Below are positions 43,916-52,980 of a stretch of 64,000 nt of DNA, one piece after another (within the stretch, counting starts at the first letter, position 1; every line of letters starts with the position of its first letter). Under the pieces are notes generated by a model, which saw nothing but the letters and a program-made list of their open reading frames with translations, did not search any database and had not been told where the DNA came from. Made by a program: the position numbers and the translations under genes. This DNA comes from Myxococcota bacterium (GTDB lineage Bacteria; Myxococcota_A; UBA9160; SMWR01). The stretch lies in NCBI GenBank assembly GCA_030749415.1, contig JASMKC010000063.1, positions 39,573-103,572 on the forward strand, read 5' to 3'.

Positions 43916-46698
43916 TGGAGATCCAACGCCCGCGTCAACCATTGCCGCACCTCCGCATCGCCCGGCTCCCGGCCAAGCCGCTCGCTGGCCTCCTCCCGAG
44001 CACCGGCTCGGGCCAGCGCGTAGATCTCGAGGTAGGCGGCGAGTCCCGACTCGGGCGCGAACGCCGCGGCCCGGCCAAAGTGCCTGGCGGCGACGCTCCA
44101 GGAACGCGTCGCCAGAGCCGCGGCCCCCAGACGCATCTCCACCGCCTCTGATTCCTCGCCCGCGGCCGCCCGCTCCGCGGCGACCGGAAGCTGTCGCGGG
44201 TCGTAGCCCAGGTTCCAGAAGATGGCAGCCGTGGAACCGGAGTCCTTCAGAAGCCGGTGCAGGCGGTGCAGTCGCTGTTCGTCGGATACCGCTCCCCGTC
44301 CGAATCTCGCCAAGCTCTCGTTCATGAGCCCCTCGGTCTCGAACGCCTGGAGGCTCTGGTCTCGCAGCGCCGCGGGCCAGATCCGAGAAATGAGCTCGCT
44401 TTCCAGAAAGCGTCTTCGGGCAGCGGAGAAGTTCATCGCGTTCCTGAAGAAGTCCCGAGGGACCTGGGGGAAGCTGTTGCGAATCTGGAGCGGGCGATCA
44501 TCCCGCAGGGGAGCCGTGCGGCCGGCGAAGTGCTTCAGATAGCCGGCGTCGCCGAGAAAGAGCGCTCCGATCTGCTCCGGTCGCTCGAGTCCCATCTCTT
44601 TCAGGTCCCGTGCAAAGGATTCGTCGCGCCAGAGCGTCGCCAGCATTTCTTCCCGCACCGGACTCATCGAACCGCGACTGCCGACGAGCGTCCAGTTCAT
44701 GTTCGCTCCCCGCCAGAGCGAGCAATCTTCGAAGACGGAACAGAACGCGTTCAGGATCGAAGAAGCCTCGTCGAGACTCAGCTGGGCTACGGGCAGCCAG
44801 TACGAGACGAGCCCGCCCTCCCGCAGGCGGTCGCGGATCAGGCGGAAATACTCCTCCGTGTAGAGGTAGACGGTTCGAGATGCCCTGAGGGGCGGCGGCT
44901 CACCCGTGATCAGGTCGAAACGCTTGGTCGTGGTCTGGAGAAAGTAGCGCCCGTCCTCGATGTGGACCGACACACGCGGATCTCTCAGCGGATGCTCGGC
45001 AGGATCCGGATAGACGATTTCACTCATCTCGAGCACATCCTTCGAGATGTCGACGATGTCGAGAGTCTCGAGATCCGGGATTCGCGTCAGTGACTGCGCA
45101 GTGTTGCCGAGCCCGTAGCTGATCAGCAGCGCATTCTCGATACCTGGGTGAAGCGCAGCTGGAAGAATAGCGAAGACCCGCATGTATCGGATACCGCGAG
45201 CATTGGATGCAGACATCGAGAAGCCGTTGGTGATGAGCCGATGGTAGATAGGCTCTCCAAGGAACTCGGCCGCGGCGTATTGGATCGTCTCGGACGGGCC
45301 CTCGCGGTACGCAATGATCACCTCGTCGGTTTTCGCAACGCGATCGCGGATCACCTGGAGATAGCGCTCGTCCATGCGTCCCACGGGAAAGGTCACGACG
45401 AGCACCAGGAAGGTGCCAGCCACCAGCCACGCCCCCCGTCCGAAAGCACCGAGTTTACGCGGACCCGATGCCAGCACCGCGACGAAGCCATAGGCGAGAC
45501 AGAGCCCCAGGATCGACAGCTCCATCCCGAGGAAGGAGAGCATGGCAAAGCCAGCAACGAGCGGTCCGAGCGCGGCACCCGCGGTATTCGCCAAGGTCAG
45601 CAGGCCGGCGGTGCGCACGCTGACCCCGATCGCACCGTTCAAAGCGGCCCCGAGCAATGGAAAGAGCATCCCAGACGCAAACGCCACAGGAAACATCAGT
45701 GGAACCGCCAGCACGAAGAGATCCGGAAGATGGTTCGAGTGCGTTTCCGGGTGGTACTGCAACACCAGGCCGAACTGCGCGTAGCCAAGGACCGAGAACG
45801 CCCCGGCCGCGAGCGCGACCCCGAACGCGGCGAGTTCGGCGTCTGGACGCTTCCGGAGCCAATACGCCGCGGTCAGGCTTCCGGCGCCGATGCCGGCCAG
45901 CACGACCGCGAGCATCACGGCGAACGAACGGCTCGTCTGGCTGATAAAGAGGGAGAGGAATCGAAACCAGACCACCTCGAGGGCCAACAAGATCGCACCC
46001 GTCAAGAACGCCGCGACCAGGAGACGAACGGCCTGCGGCGTGAGCCGTGCGCGCGGAGTGTCAACGGAATCGGCTTCGTCGCTGCGGGCTCGGGCACGGA
46101 TTACCACGATTGCGCCGCACGCCGCCAGGAGGTTCAGCGACGCGGCGACGAAGCCGGTGGCTCGCACGCCGAGCGCGGCGACGAGCACGAGCTCCCCGAT
46201 CACCGCCCCCACGACGCCGCCCAGCGTGTTCCAGCCGTACAGCAGGCCGAGCACCCGGCCGAAGTCTGCCTGCTCCCGGGTCAGCGCCTTCACGAGAAGA
46301 GGTAGCGTCGCCCCCATCGCGCAGGCCGGAACCAGCAACAGGACGAACGACACGAGGAAGCGAAGCGGGTGAAGCACCGCGCCGTGGTCCATGAACGGTC
46401 GGAAGACCGGCGCCAGCATCCCACCGAGTTCCGGCAGGAGAACGACGAGCCCCAGCCCGGTGACCGCCACGGCGATCTCGAGCAGCGCGTACACGCGCAC
46501 GGGCCTTCCCACGGCGACGCCGTAGCGCGCCGCCAGCCCGTTTCCCAGCGCGATGCCGGTCATGAAGCTCGACAACACCAGCGCCGACGCCCAGACGCTG
46601 TTCCCGAACGCGATCCCCGCCTGCCGAAACCAGAGCGACTCGAAGAGGAGTGCCGCGCTACCGGACAGGAAAAAAATGGCGCTCAGCATAGCGTTCAC
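43912..46698 (-). CDS. fused MFS-like membrane domain / spermidine-synthase-like methyltransferase-fold protein with TPR-like C-terminus
   Basis: The GTG at 46698 has GGAGGA 9 nt upstream. The N-terminus (MLSAIFFLSGSAALLFESLWFRQ) and about 12 or more TM segments come first, followed by a SpeE-like domain (DLITGEPPP) and a helical repeat tail. Confidence 0.8.
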   Translation of the reverse strand: MNAMLSAIFFLSGSAALLFESLWFRQAGIAFGNSVWASALVLSSFMTGIALGNGLAARYGVAVGRPVRVYALLEIAVAVTGLGLVVLLPELGGMLAPVFRPFMDHGAVLHPLRFLVSFVLLLVPACAMGATLPLLVKALTREQADFGRVLGLLYGWNTLGGVVGAVIGELVLVAALGVRATGFVAASLNLLAACGAIVVIRARARSDEADSVDTPRARLTPQAVRLLVAAFLTGAILLALEVVWFRFLSLFISQTSRSFAVMLAVVLAGIGAGSLTAAYWLRKRPDAELAAFGVALAAGAFSVLGYAQFGLVLQYHPETHSNHLPDLFVLAVPLMFPVAFASGMLFPLLGAALNGAIGVSVRTAGLLTLANTAGAALGPLVAGFAMLSFLGMELSILGLCLAYGFVAVLASGPRKLGAFGRGAWLVAGTFLVLVVTFPVGRMDERYLQVIRDRVAKTDEVIIAYREGPSETIQYAAAEFLGEPIYHRLITNGFSMSASNARGIRYMRVFAILPAALHPGIENALLISYGLGNTAQSLTRIPDLETLDIVDISKDVLEMSEIVYPDPAEHPLRDPRVSVHIEDGRYFLQTTTKRFDLITGEPPPLRASRTVYLYTEEYFRLIRDRLREGGLVSYWLPVAQLSLDEASSILNAFCSVFEDCSLWRGANMNWTLVGSRGSMSPVREEMLATLWRDESFARDLKEMGLERPEQIGALFLGDAGYLKHFAGRTAPLRDDRPLQIRNSFPQVPRDFFRNAMNFSAARRRFLESELISRIWPAALRDQSLQAFETEGLMNESLARFGRGAVSDEQRLHRLHRLLKDSGSTAAIFWNLGYDPRQLPVAAERAAAGEESEAVEMRLGAAALATRSWSVAARHFGRAAAFAPESGLAAYLEIYALARAGAREEASERLGREPGDAEVRQWLTRALDLQ

Positions 46699-46780
46699 CC
46701 GGCGGTATCCTCCGGGGCCGAGGCTACCATCGAACACGCCGACTCGCGGGATCCACTCATCTGGGAGCGGCACGCGTGCC

Positions 46781-46830
46781 GGAGAGACCGGTCTAGGCCC
46801 GCGCGGCGGAGAGACCGGTCTAGGCCCGCG
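46781..46830. repeat. 23-nt direct repeat at 27-nt period, each copy containing the 10-bp palindrome AGACCGGTCT and a TAG
   Basis: GGAGAGACCGGTCTAGGCCCGCG occurs at 46781-46803 and 46808-46830. The hpnH stop (46820-46822) lies in the second copy. An adjacent 14-bp palindrome, CGGCACGCGTGCCG, lies at 46768-46781. Confidence 0.9.
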
Positions 46831-48202
46831 GCGGCGCCGCCGCGCGGCTTTGCCGCTCGTGGCCCGTGAGCCAGGTCTGGTAGCTGCGGCCGCTCGCTGC
46901 GTCACGGCCGCTGAGTACGACGCTCTGGATCCGGGCCGAGGGCAGCGACAGGGTCTCGGTGGTTCCGCGACGCCAGAGCTCCACGGCATCACCGCGCAGG
47001 TTCGTGACATAGCCCTCCACCGCTGTGCCGTCATCGAGGGTGAGAGTCACGTCGCCGCGGTAATCGAAAACGACGCGCAGCGCCTCGGGAGTCGCCGGCG
47101 AAGACCAGCCCTGGGGGAACGCGTCGGGCCCGGAGACGCGGGACGCCTGGTGAGCGGGTGCGTCCGGTCCCGGCTCCGGAACCCGTGGCCCGAAGAAGAA
47201 GGCGCGCGCCATGGCGAACAGACCACCCCACGAGGAGAAGGCGTGCCTCACCGAACTCGCCTCGAAACCACTGTGGACCATGCAATCCCGACAGGCAGAA
47301 TTTCCACTCGCGTGGCCGTACTTCTCCCACGGCGTCTCGTCGAGCAGTTCTCGGAAGCTCGGGGCATAACCCTCTTGAAGCAGATAACAAGGCCTCTGCC
47401 AGCCGAAGACCGAGTAGGTCGGCATTCCCCAGGGCGTGCACTCGTACTCGCGCGTCCCGGCCAGAAACTCGATGAACAGCGGCGACTGGTTGAAGCGCCA
47501 GTTCTTCCGGCGCTTTGGGTCGCGCAGAACCTTTCGGAAGAAGCCGTGAGTGCGCTCGCGGCCCAGGAAGTGCTCCTGATCCGGAGCCTTCTCGTAGGCA
47601 TAGCCCGGCGAAACCATCATGCCCTCGATGCCGAGGCGCATAGCCTCATCGAAAAAGTCGGCCGTCTGTTCCGGATCGGCCGCGTCGAAAAGCGTGGTAT
47701 TCGTCGTGATGCGGAAACCGCGCTCGAGCGCCTTCTCGATGGCGCGCACCGCTATGCGGTAGGTCCCATCGCGGCACACGGAGCGGTCGTGCTCCGCTTC
47801 GAAACCATCGAGGTGGACGCTGAACGACAGGAACTTAGTCGGCGTGAAGAGGTCGAGCTTCTCCTCGAGCAGCAGCGCGTTGGTGCACAGGTAGACGTAC
47901 TTCTTGCGCGCGACGAGGCTCCGGACGATTTCGTCGATCTGCGGATGCATCAGGGGCTCGCCGCCCGGGATGCTCACCATCGGCGTGTCCACCTCGTCGA
48001 CCGCCCGCATGCACTCCTCGACCGAGAGCTGCGTCCTCAACACGTTCGACGGGTACTGGATCTTGCCGCAACCGGCGCAGGCGAGGTTGCAGCGGTAGAG
48101 CGGCTCCAGCATGAGAACCAGCGGAAAGCGTTTGTGCCCCGCAAGTTGGTGCCCGAGGACGTGGCGGGCGACGCGGACCATTTGGGAAAAGGGAACGGGC
48201 AT
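46820..48202 (-). CDS. hpnH: adenosylhopane-forming radical SAM protein HpnH, with C-terminal extension
   Basis: CNLACAGCGK is the radical SAM CxxxCxxC motif, and the N-terminus (MPVPFSQMVRVARHVLGHQL) is typical of HpnH. At 460 aa it is about 100 aa longer than I expect for the family. Confidence 0.85.
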   Translation of the reverse strand: MPVPFSQMVRVARHVLGHQLAGHKRFPLVLMLEPLYRCNLACAGCGKIQYPSNVLRTQLSVEECMRAVDEVDTPMVSIPGGEPLMHPQIDEIVRSLVARKKYVYLCTNALLLEEKLDLFTPTKFLSFSVHLDGFEAEHDRSVCRDGTYRIAVRAIEKALERGFRITTNTTLFDAADPEQTADFFDEAMRLGIEGMMVSPGYAYEKAPDQEHFLGRERTHGFFRKVLRDPKRRKNWRFNQSPLFIEFLAGTREYECTPWGMPTYSVFGWQRPCYLLQEGYAPSFRELLDETPWEKYGHASGNSACRDCMVHSGFEASSVRHAFSSWGGLFAMARAFFFGPRVPEPGPDAPAHQASRVSGPDAFPQGWSSPATPEALRVVFDYRGDVTLTLDDGTAVEGYVTNLRGDAVELWRRGTTETLSLPSARIQSVVLSGRDAASGRSYQTWLTGHERQSRAAAPPRA

Positions 48203-48211
48203 GGAACCTCG

Positions 48212-48826
48212 CTAGTGCAGTGCGGCGCTGCGATCGGTCTGGAGCGGAGCGGCCCAGGCGGCGAGCGCCGGAGCTGCACTGCGCAGGCGGCGCAATGCGA
48301 TGCCCAGATCTCGCAGCACGCCGGGCCGCACGATCTCGCGACCGGGCGCATCGAGCACCACGCGCAGCACTGCCAACGGTCGCCCGCCCGCGCCCGCCGC
48401 GAGCCACGCGGATTCCATGTCGACGACGAGCGCGCCCGAGTCCGCGAGTTGCGAGCGCTCGGCTCCACGCACCACGTGGTCGACGGAGAGCAATGGACCC
48501 ACCCGAGCTTCGATGCCCACGTGGGCGAGCGATTCGCGGAGCGACCCGGATTCGAGGGTCGGGAAACACTCGTCACCACCCAGCAGGCTCGACGCCACCA
48601 CCACGTCTCCCGGCGCGAGGTCCGGCGTGAGCGCCCCGCAGAGACCGGCCACGGCCACACGCTTCGCGGGCGCTTCGAGGATCCGCCGGGCCGCGCGCTG
48701 CGAGCGCGCAGACCCCATGCCGGTGCGCATCACTCCGCAGCCGTCGAGCCCAGGGCGCAGAGCCCAGACCTCGACGCGCAGCGGTGCGGCGACGAGCAAC
48801 CGGGAATGCGAAACGTCCAACGTCAC
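48212..48826 (-). CDS. hpnG: hopanoid-associated phosphorylase/nucleosidase HpnG (PNP/UDP family)
   Basis: 204 aa, PNP_UDP-like (VAVAGLCGAL, VVDMESAW). It lies between shc and hpnH, and its start overlaps the shc stop by 4 nt. Confidence 0.8.
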   Translation of the reverse strand: MTLDVSHSRLLVAAPLRVEVWALRPGLDGCGVMRTGMGSARSQRAARRILEAPAKRVAVAGLCGALTPDLAPGDVVVASSLLGGDECFPTLESGSLRESLAHVGIEARVGPLLSVDHVVRGAERSQLADSGALVVDMESAWLAAGAGGRPLAVLRVVLDAPGREIVRPGVLRDLGIALRRLRSAAPALAAWAAPLQTDRSAALH

Positions 48827-50706
48827 GCGGCTCCTCGCAGGATGCGTCCCAGCGCCATGACAGGAAAGTTCAACCGGTAGAGGTGATAGCGAATATAGAA
48901 GTCACCCGGAAAGCCGGTACCGGTGAACTGAGGCTCGTCCCAATCGCCATCGGTGCGCTGGGTGCCGGCCAGCCAGTGCACACCGCGCCCGACGGCATCG
49001 GGACCGGAACCGGCGGCGTGCAGCGCCAGCAGCGCCCAGGCCGTCTGCGACGCACTCGATTCCCCGCGCCCGCGCCGGGCAGCATCGCCGTAGGAACGCA
49101 AGTCCTCGCCCCAGCCCCCGTCCTCGTTCTGCACACTCTCCAGCCAACGTGCGGCGCGCTGAATTGCCGGGTGGTCGGCCGGCACTCCCGCACGCACCAG
49201 CGCCGGCACGGCGGCGCCGGTCCCGTACAGGTGATTCGCACCCCAGCGTCCGAACCAGGAGCCGTCACTCTCCTGCTCGCGCAACAGCCAGTCGACAGCG
49301 CGCTTTACACGCGGATCCGAGGCCAATCCCTCTTCTGCGAGCATCTCGATCACATGGGCGGTGACGTCGGCGCTCGGCGGATCCGTCACCTCTCCAAAAT
49401 CGCAGAAGGGAAGCGCCGCGCACAATGCGCTGTCGTTATCGACATCGAAGGCGCCCCAGCCGCCGTCGCGACACTGCATGCCGAAGGTCCAAGCCACGGC
49501 GCGGCGCACCGCGTCCTCGGTTTCCGAAGGCACCTCGAGCTTGGCACCGCGCAGCGCCATCACGACTTCGGCCGTGTCGTCGAGATCCGGGTAGTTGTCG
49601 TTTTCGTACTCGAAGGCCCAGCCACTGGGCTCGAGGTCCGGGCGACGCACCGCCCAGTCTCCCGGAACCCGGACCTCCTCGTCGAGCAGCCAGCGGGCGC
49701 CCTGCACCAGCGCCGGATGCTCTTCGGGAAGCCCCGCATCCCGGAGTGCAACCAGTGAAAGACACGTGTCCCAAACCGGCGACTGGCAGGCCTCGAAGCG
49801 GCGCATGCCGCCCTCCACGATCGCAAAACTCTCGAGCCCCCGGAGCGCCTTCGCCACGGCGGGGTGGTCCAAGGGGTACCCGAGCAGGTGAAGCGCCAGC
49901 ACCGAGTAGACCCACGGCGGCTGGATGCCCCCCCAGCAGCCGTCCGCTTCCTGGCGTTTCAGGATCCACTCGGCGCAGAGCCGCAGTGACTGGCGGCGCA
50001 GCGCCGCCAGCGGCCGGCGCTCGTAGAAATGCAGGGCGCGGTCGAGAAGCTCGAAGCGACCGGCCCAGGTGTCGAGCGACGCGCGCGGGGCCGCCGCCGC
50101 CCCGGTCTTCAGCTCGTCGAGATCGAAACCGAGCGCCCGCACCGGGCGGTGGGCCGCGACGACGGTGAGCGGCACGACTGTCTGCCGCGCCCAGCAGCCG
50201 AAGTCGTAGATGTTGAGTGGGCACCACTGCGGCAGCAAGATGACCTCGGGCGGCAACGCCGGCAGGTCGTCCCACGACCACTGCCCGAAGAGCGCGAGCC
50301 AGATGCGTGTGAACACGCGCGAGCCCTCGATGCCACCCAACTCCCGCACCAGGCTCGCGGCACGACGCATGTGACTGGCGTCCGGCGGGTCACCGGCGAG
50401 TCGCAGCGCCGTGTACGCCTCGACCGTGGCCGAGAGATCCGGCGGGCCACCGTGGAAAATGGCGAAGCCGCCCGAATTGCCCTGGCGCGAGCGGATCCAG
50501 GCGGCCGTGCGGGCCAGGAGTTCCGGACTGTCCAGCCCGAGAAAGCGGCGCAACAGCAGATCCTCGGCCTCCATGGTCACGTTGGTCTCGAGTTCGGCCT
50601 TCCAGTGGCCGTCGGCCTGCTGGAGCGAGAGGAGCCTCGCCGCAGCGCGCTCGAGTGCGGCCTGGCCGTGCTCCAAACCGGAAGAAATGGGGGCGGGGGC
50701 AGACAT
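48823..50706 (-). CDS. shc: squalene-hopene cyclase
   Basis: The ATG at 50706 has AAGGAG upstream. It has repeated QW motifs (QQADGHW, QEADGCWGG, QNEDGGWGE, QRTDGDW) and DxDDTA (DLDDTAEV). Confidence 0.95.
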   Translation of the reverse strand: MSAPAPISSGLEHGQAALERAAARLLSLQQADGHWKAELETNVTMEAEDLLLRRFLGLDSPELLARTAAWIRSRQGNSGGFAIFHGGPPDLSATVEAYTALRLAGDPPDASHMRRAASLVRELGGIEGSRVFTRIWLALFGQWSWDDLPALPPEVILLPQWCPLNIYDFGCWARQTVVPLTVVAAHRPVRALGFDLDELKTGAAAAPRASLDTWAGRFELLDRALHFYERRPLAALRRQSLRLCAEWILKRQEADGCWGGIQPPWVYSVLALHLLGYPLDHPAVAKALRGLESFAIVEGGMRRFEACQSPVWDTCLSLVALRDAGLPEEHPALVQGARWLLDEEVRVPGDWAVRRPDLEPSGWAFEYENDNYPDLDDTAEVVMALRGAKLEVPSETEDAVRRAVAWTFGMQCRDGGWGAFDVDNDSALCAALPFCDFGEVTDPPSADVTAHVIEMLAEEGLASDPRVKRAVDWLLREQESDGSWFGRWGANHLYGTGAAVPALVRAGVPADHPAIQRAARWLESVQNEDGGWGEDLRSYGDAARRGRGESSASQTAWALLALHAAGSGPDAVGRGVHWLAGTQRTDGDWDEPQFTGTGFPGDFYIRYHLYRLNFPVMALGRILRGAA

Positions 50707-50771
50707 CGGGTGCTCCTTGCAAGGGGAAACCGTGGGGGAGGGCGGCGGCGGGCCGAACAGGTCGACGCCCA

Positions 50772-52100
50772 TCACTCCGCCTCGTCTAGGGCGTGAAGCG
50801 CGGCGTTCGCGGCAGCAGCACCGCTGCGAACGGCACCCTCCATCGTGGCGGGCCAGCCGGTATCGGTCCACGCACCCGCCAGGAAGAGACCCGGCAAAGC
50901 CGTGCGCGGCCCGGGCCGCAGACGTCCCGTGCCGGGTATTGCGGCGAAGGTCGCCTCACGCTCGCAGGTCACGTGAAAGCTCTCGACTCGAGCATCCCGT
51001 GCCGCCGGCAGCAATGCCTCGAAGGCAGGCAGGAAGACGCCGCGCAGCTCCTCGCGAGAACACCCGACCCAACGGTCGGCTGCAGAGAGTGACACGACCA
51101 CATAGCGGCCCGGCTCGAGTCCGGCAGACTCGCTGCGGTCGAACATCCACTGAAGCGGCGTTGCGATCCCGGCGGCCAGGGGCTCCTCGAGGACAGGCCG
51201 GTCGAAGAGAACGTGGAGGTTCACGATGGGCGAACGGCCCAGGGCGCGCAGACCGTCCCGATCGACACCCGCGGCTCCCGGCAACAGGTCTGCGGCCGCG
51301 GCGTGGGGCACCGCCAGGATCACCGCGTCGGCGGCGAGGCACTCCCCACTGGCGCGAACCGCGAGGTGCCCGTGCGTTTCGATCGCGTCCACTCCCGCGC
51401 GCACGAGCGTGCGCACGCCGGCCTTCCCGAGCGCCACCGCTGCCGGATCGCCGTGGAGCTGCGACAAAGGCACCCGTGACCAACCGATATCGGCCGCCGC
51501 CGCCTCGCCGAGGAGCCCCGTCTGGTAAACCATCGCCGCCTGGGCGAGCGAAGCACGCTCGGAAGGCACATTCAGAGTGGCGACGACCAGCAGGTCCCAG
51601 AAGCGCTCGATCGCGAGCGCGCTCTCACCCTGCTGGGTGAGCCAGGCGGCGAAACTCGTTTCGTCGCTGCGAGGATCGCCGCGGTCGAGGGCTTTCAGCC
51701 GGCCGGCGGTCAACGCCGCGTGCAGACGTTCGCGGAGCGGCAGGTATCCGAAACGCAGCACGCTCGGCACGAGGTGCACCGGAGCCGGGAGCCGGTTCCG
51801 GCGCAGCCGGTACACGCGACCGCCAGGGGCCAGGACCGGCACGTCGAGGTGCGGCTGGAGAAGGACCCGATCCTCCACGCCGAGACGTGCAAGGAGCGCG
51901 CGGTATGCAGCGCAGCAGCGCAGAAAGACATGCTGCCCGTTGTCGACGTCGAGCCCCCCGAGCCGTGTCGAAAAAGTGGCACCGCCGAGCCGGGGGCGCG
52001 CTTCGAGAAGCGTGACGCGCGCACCGGCATCGGCGCACGTGATCGCCGCGCGGATACCGGCGAGCCCGCCGCCCACCACCACAACGTGGGGCGGCGTCAC
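50772..52100 (-). CDS. hpnE: hydroxysqualene dehydroxylase (FAD amine-oxidase/phytoene-desaturase fold)
   Basis: 442 aa. VVVVGGGLAGIRAA is the dinucleotide-binding motif. The call rests on its position in the hpnC-hpnE-shc order. Its GTG start overlaps the hpnC stop (GTGA). Confidence 0.8.
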   Translation of the reverse strand: MTPPHVVVVGGGLAGIRAAITCADAGARVTLLEARPRLGGATFSTRLGGLDVDNGQHVFLRCCAAYRALLARLGVEDRVLLQPHLDVPVLAPGGRVYRLRRNRLPAPVHLVPSVLRFGYLPLRERLHAALTAGRLKALDRGDPRSDETSFAAWLTQQGESALAIERFWDLLVVATLNVPSERASLAQAAMVYQTGLLGEAAAADIGWSRVPLSQLHGDPAAVALGKAGVRTLVRAGVDAIETHGHLAVRASGECLAADAVILAVPHAAAADLLPGAAGVDRDGLRALGRSPIVNLHVLFDRPVLEEPLAAGIATPLQWMFDRSESAGLEPGRYVVVSLSAADRWVGCSREELRGVFLPAFEALLPAARDARVESFHVTCEREATFAAIPGTGRLRPGPRTALPGLFLAGAWTDTGWPATMEGAVRSGAAAANAALHALDEAE

Positions 52101-52918
52101 GACCGACCGCCGCGCCAGGACGCGCGGAACCAGATCCCAACGATATGCGCAGCGACATCCCTTCGCCGCGGGCGGCGCAGTGCCGAGGTGACGTCGAATT
52201 TGGCGCGCGCGATGGCGTCGAGCGCCCCGTGCCCACCCGCCGCGAAACCCGCCACGGCCACCCGCGCGCTTCCGCCCAGAGCCGCCACCAGAGGCTCGCC
52301 CTCACGAAGCAGCTCGCGTGCACGCTCGGCCTCGAAGGCCACGAGCTGACGCAACGCCGGGTGCGCGGGGCGCAGCGCAAGCTGACCCGGCGCGCAGCCG
52401 AAACGGTCCATGTCCTCGGCGGGCAGATAGATCCGCCCACGCCCCTGGTCCTCCGCCACGTCTTGGAGGTGCTCGACGACCTGGAGAGCGCTGCAGATTG
52501 CGTTCGAGCGCACCAGGTTCTCCGGACTCGCCGAATCAAAAACGCGGAGCACGAGTTCACCGACGGGGTTCGCGGACAGAGCGCAGTAGTCCAGAAGCTC
52601 GGCGAAGGTTCCGATGGCCGAATGTCGCTGATCCCAGCGGTTCGCCTCGATCAGCCGCACGAACGGTTCGCGCGGGAGCCGGTACTCGGCGAGCACCGGC
52701 TCCAGGCGCCGCAGGAGCGGATGACCCGCGCGCCTGCAGAAGGCCCGATCGAGTTCGGCCTCGAGGGCATCGAGGTGCGCGAGGCGATCACCGGGCGCTT
52801 CGTCGCCCAGGTCGTCGGCGAGGCGCGCAAAACCGTAGATCGCCCACAGGGCACTCCGCCTCCGGGCGGGGAGCAGGCGCAAGGCGACGGGGAAGTTCTC
52901 GTCGCGGGCCTGGGACAG
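52097..52918 (-). CDS. hpnC: squalene synthase-like HpnC (hydroxysqualene synthase); start codon unresolved
   Basis: DENFPVALRLLP and YGFARLADDLGDE are typical of HpnC. There is no ATG/GTG/TTG in frame between the tetR stop (52981) and the DENFPVA motif. I provisionally used the CTG at 52918. Confidence 0.75.
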   Translation of the reverse strand: MSQARDENFPVALRLLPARRRSALWAIYGFARLADDLGDEAPGDRLAHLDALEAELDRAFCRRAGHPLLRRLEPVLAEYRLPREPFVRLIEANRWDQRHSAIGTFAELLDYCALSANPVGELVLRVFDSASPENLVRSNAICSALQVVEHLQDVAEDQGRGRIYLPAEDMDRFGCAPGQLALRPAHPALRQLVAFEAERARELLREGEPLVAALGGSARVAVAGFAAGGHGALDAIARAKFDVTSALRRPRRRDVAAHIVGIWFRASWRGGRS

Positions 52919-52980
52919 GACGTCGTGTTCCCCGAAGCCCGCCCCACCCGAATCGCCTGCGGGCAGCGGAGAGCGGACCG

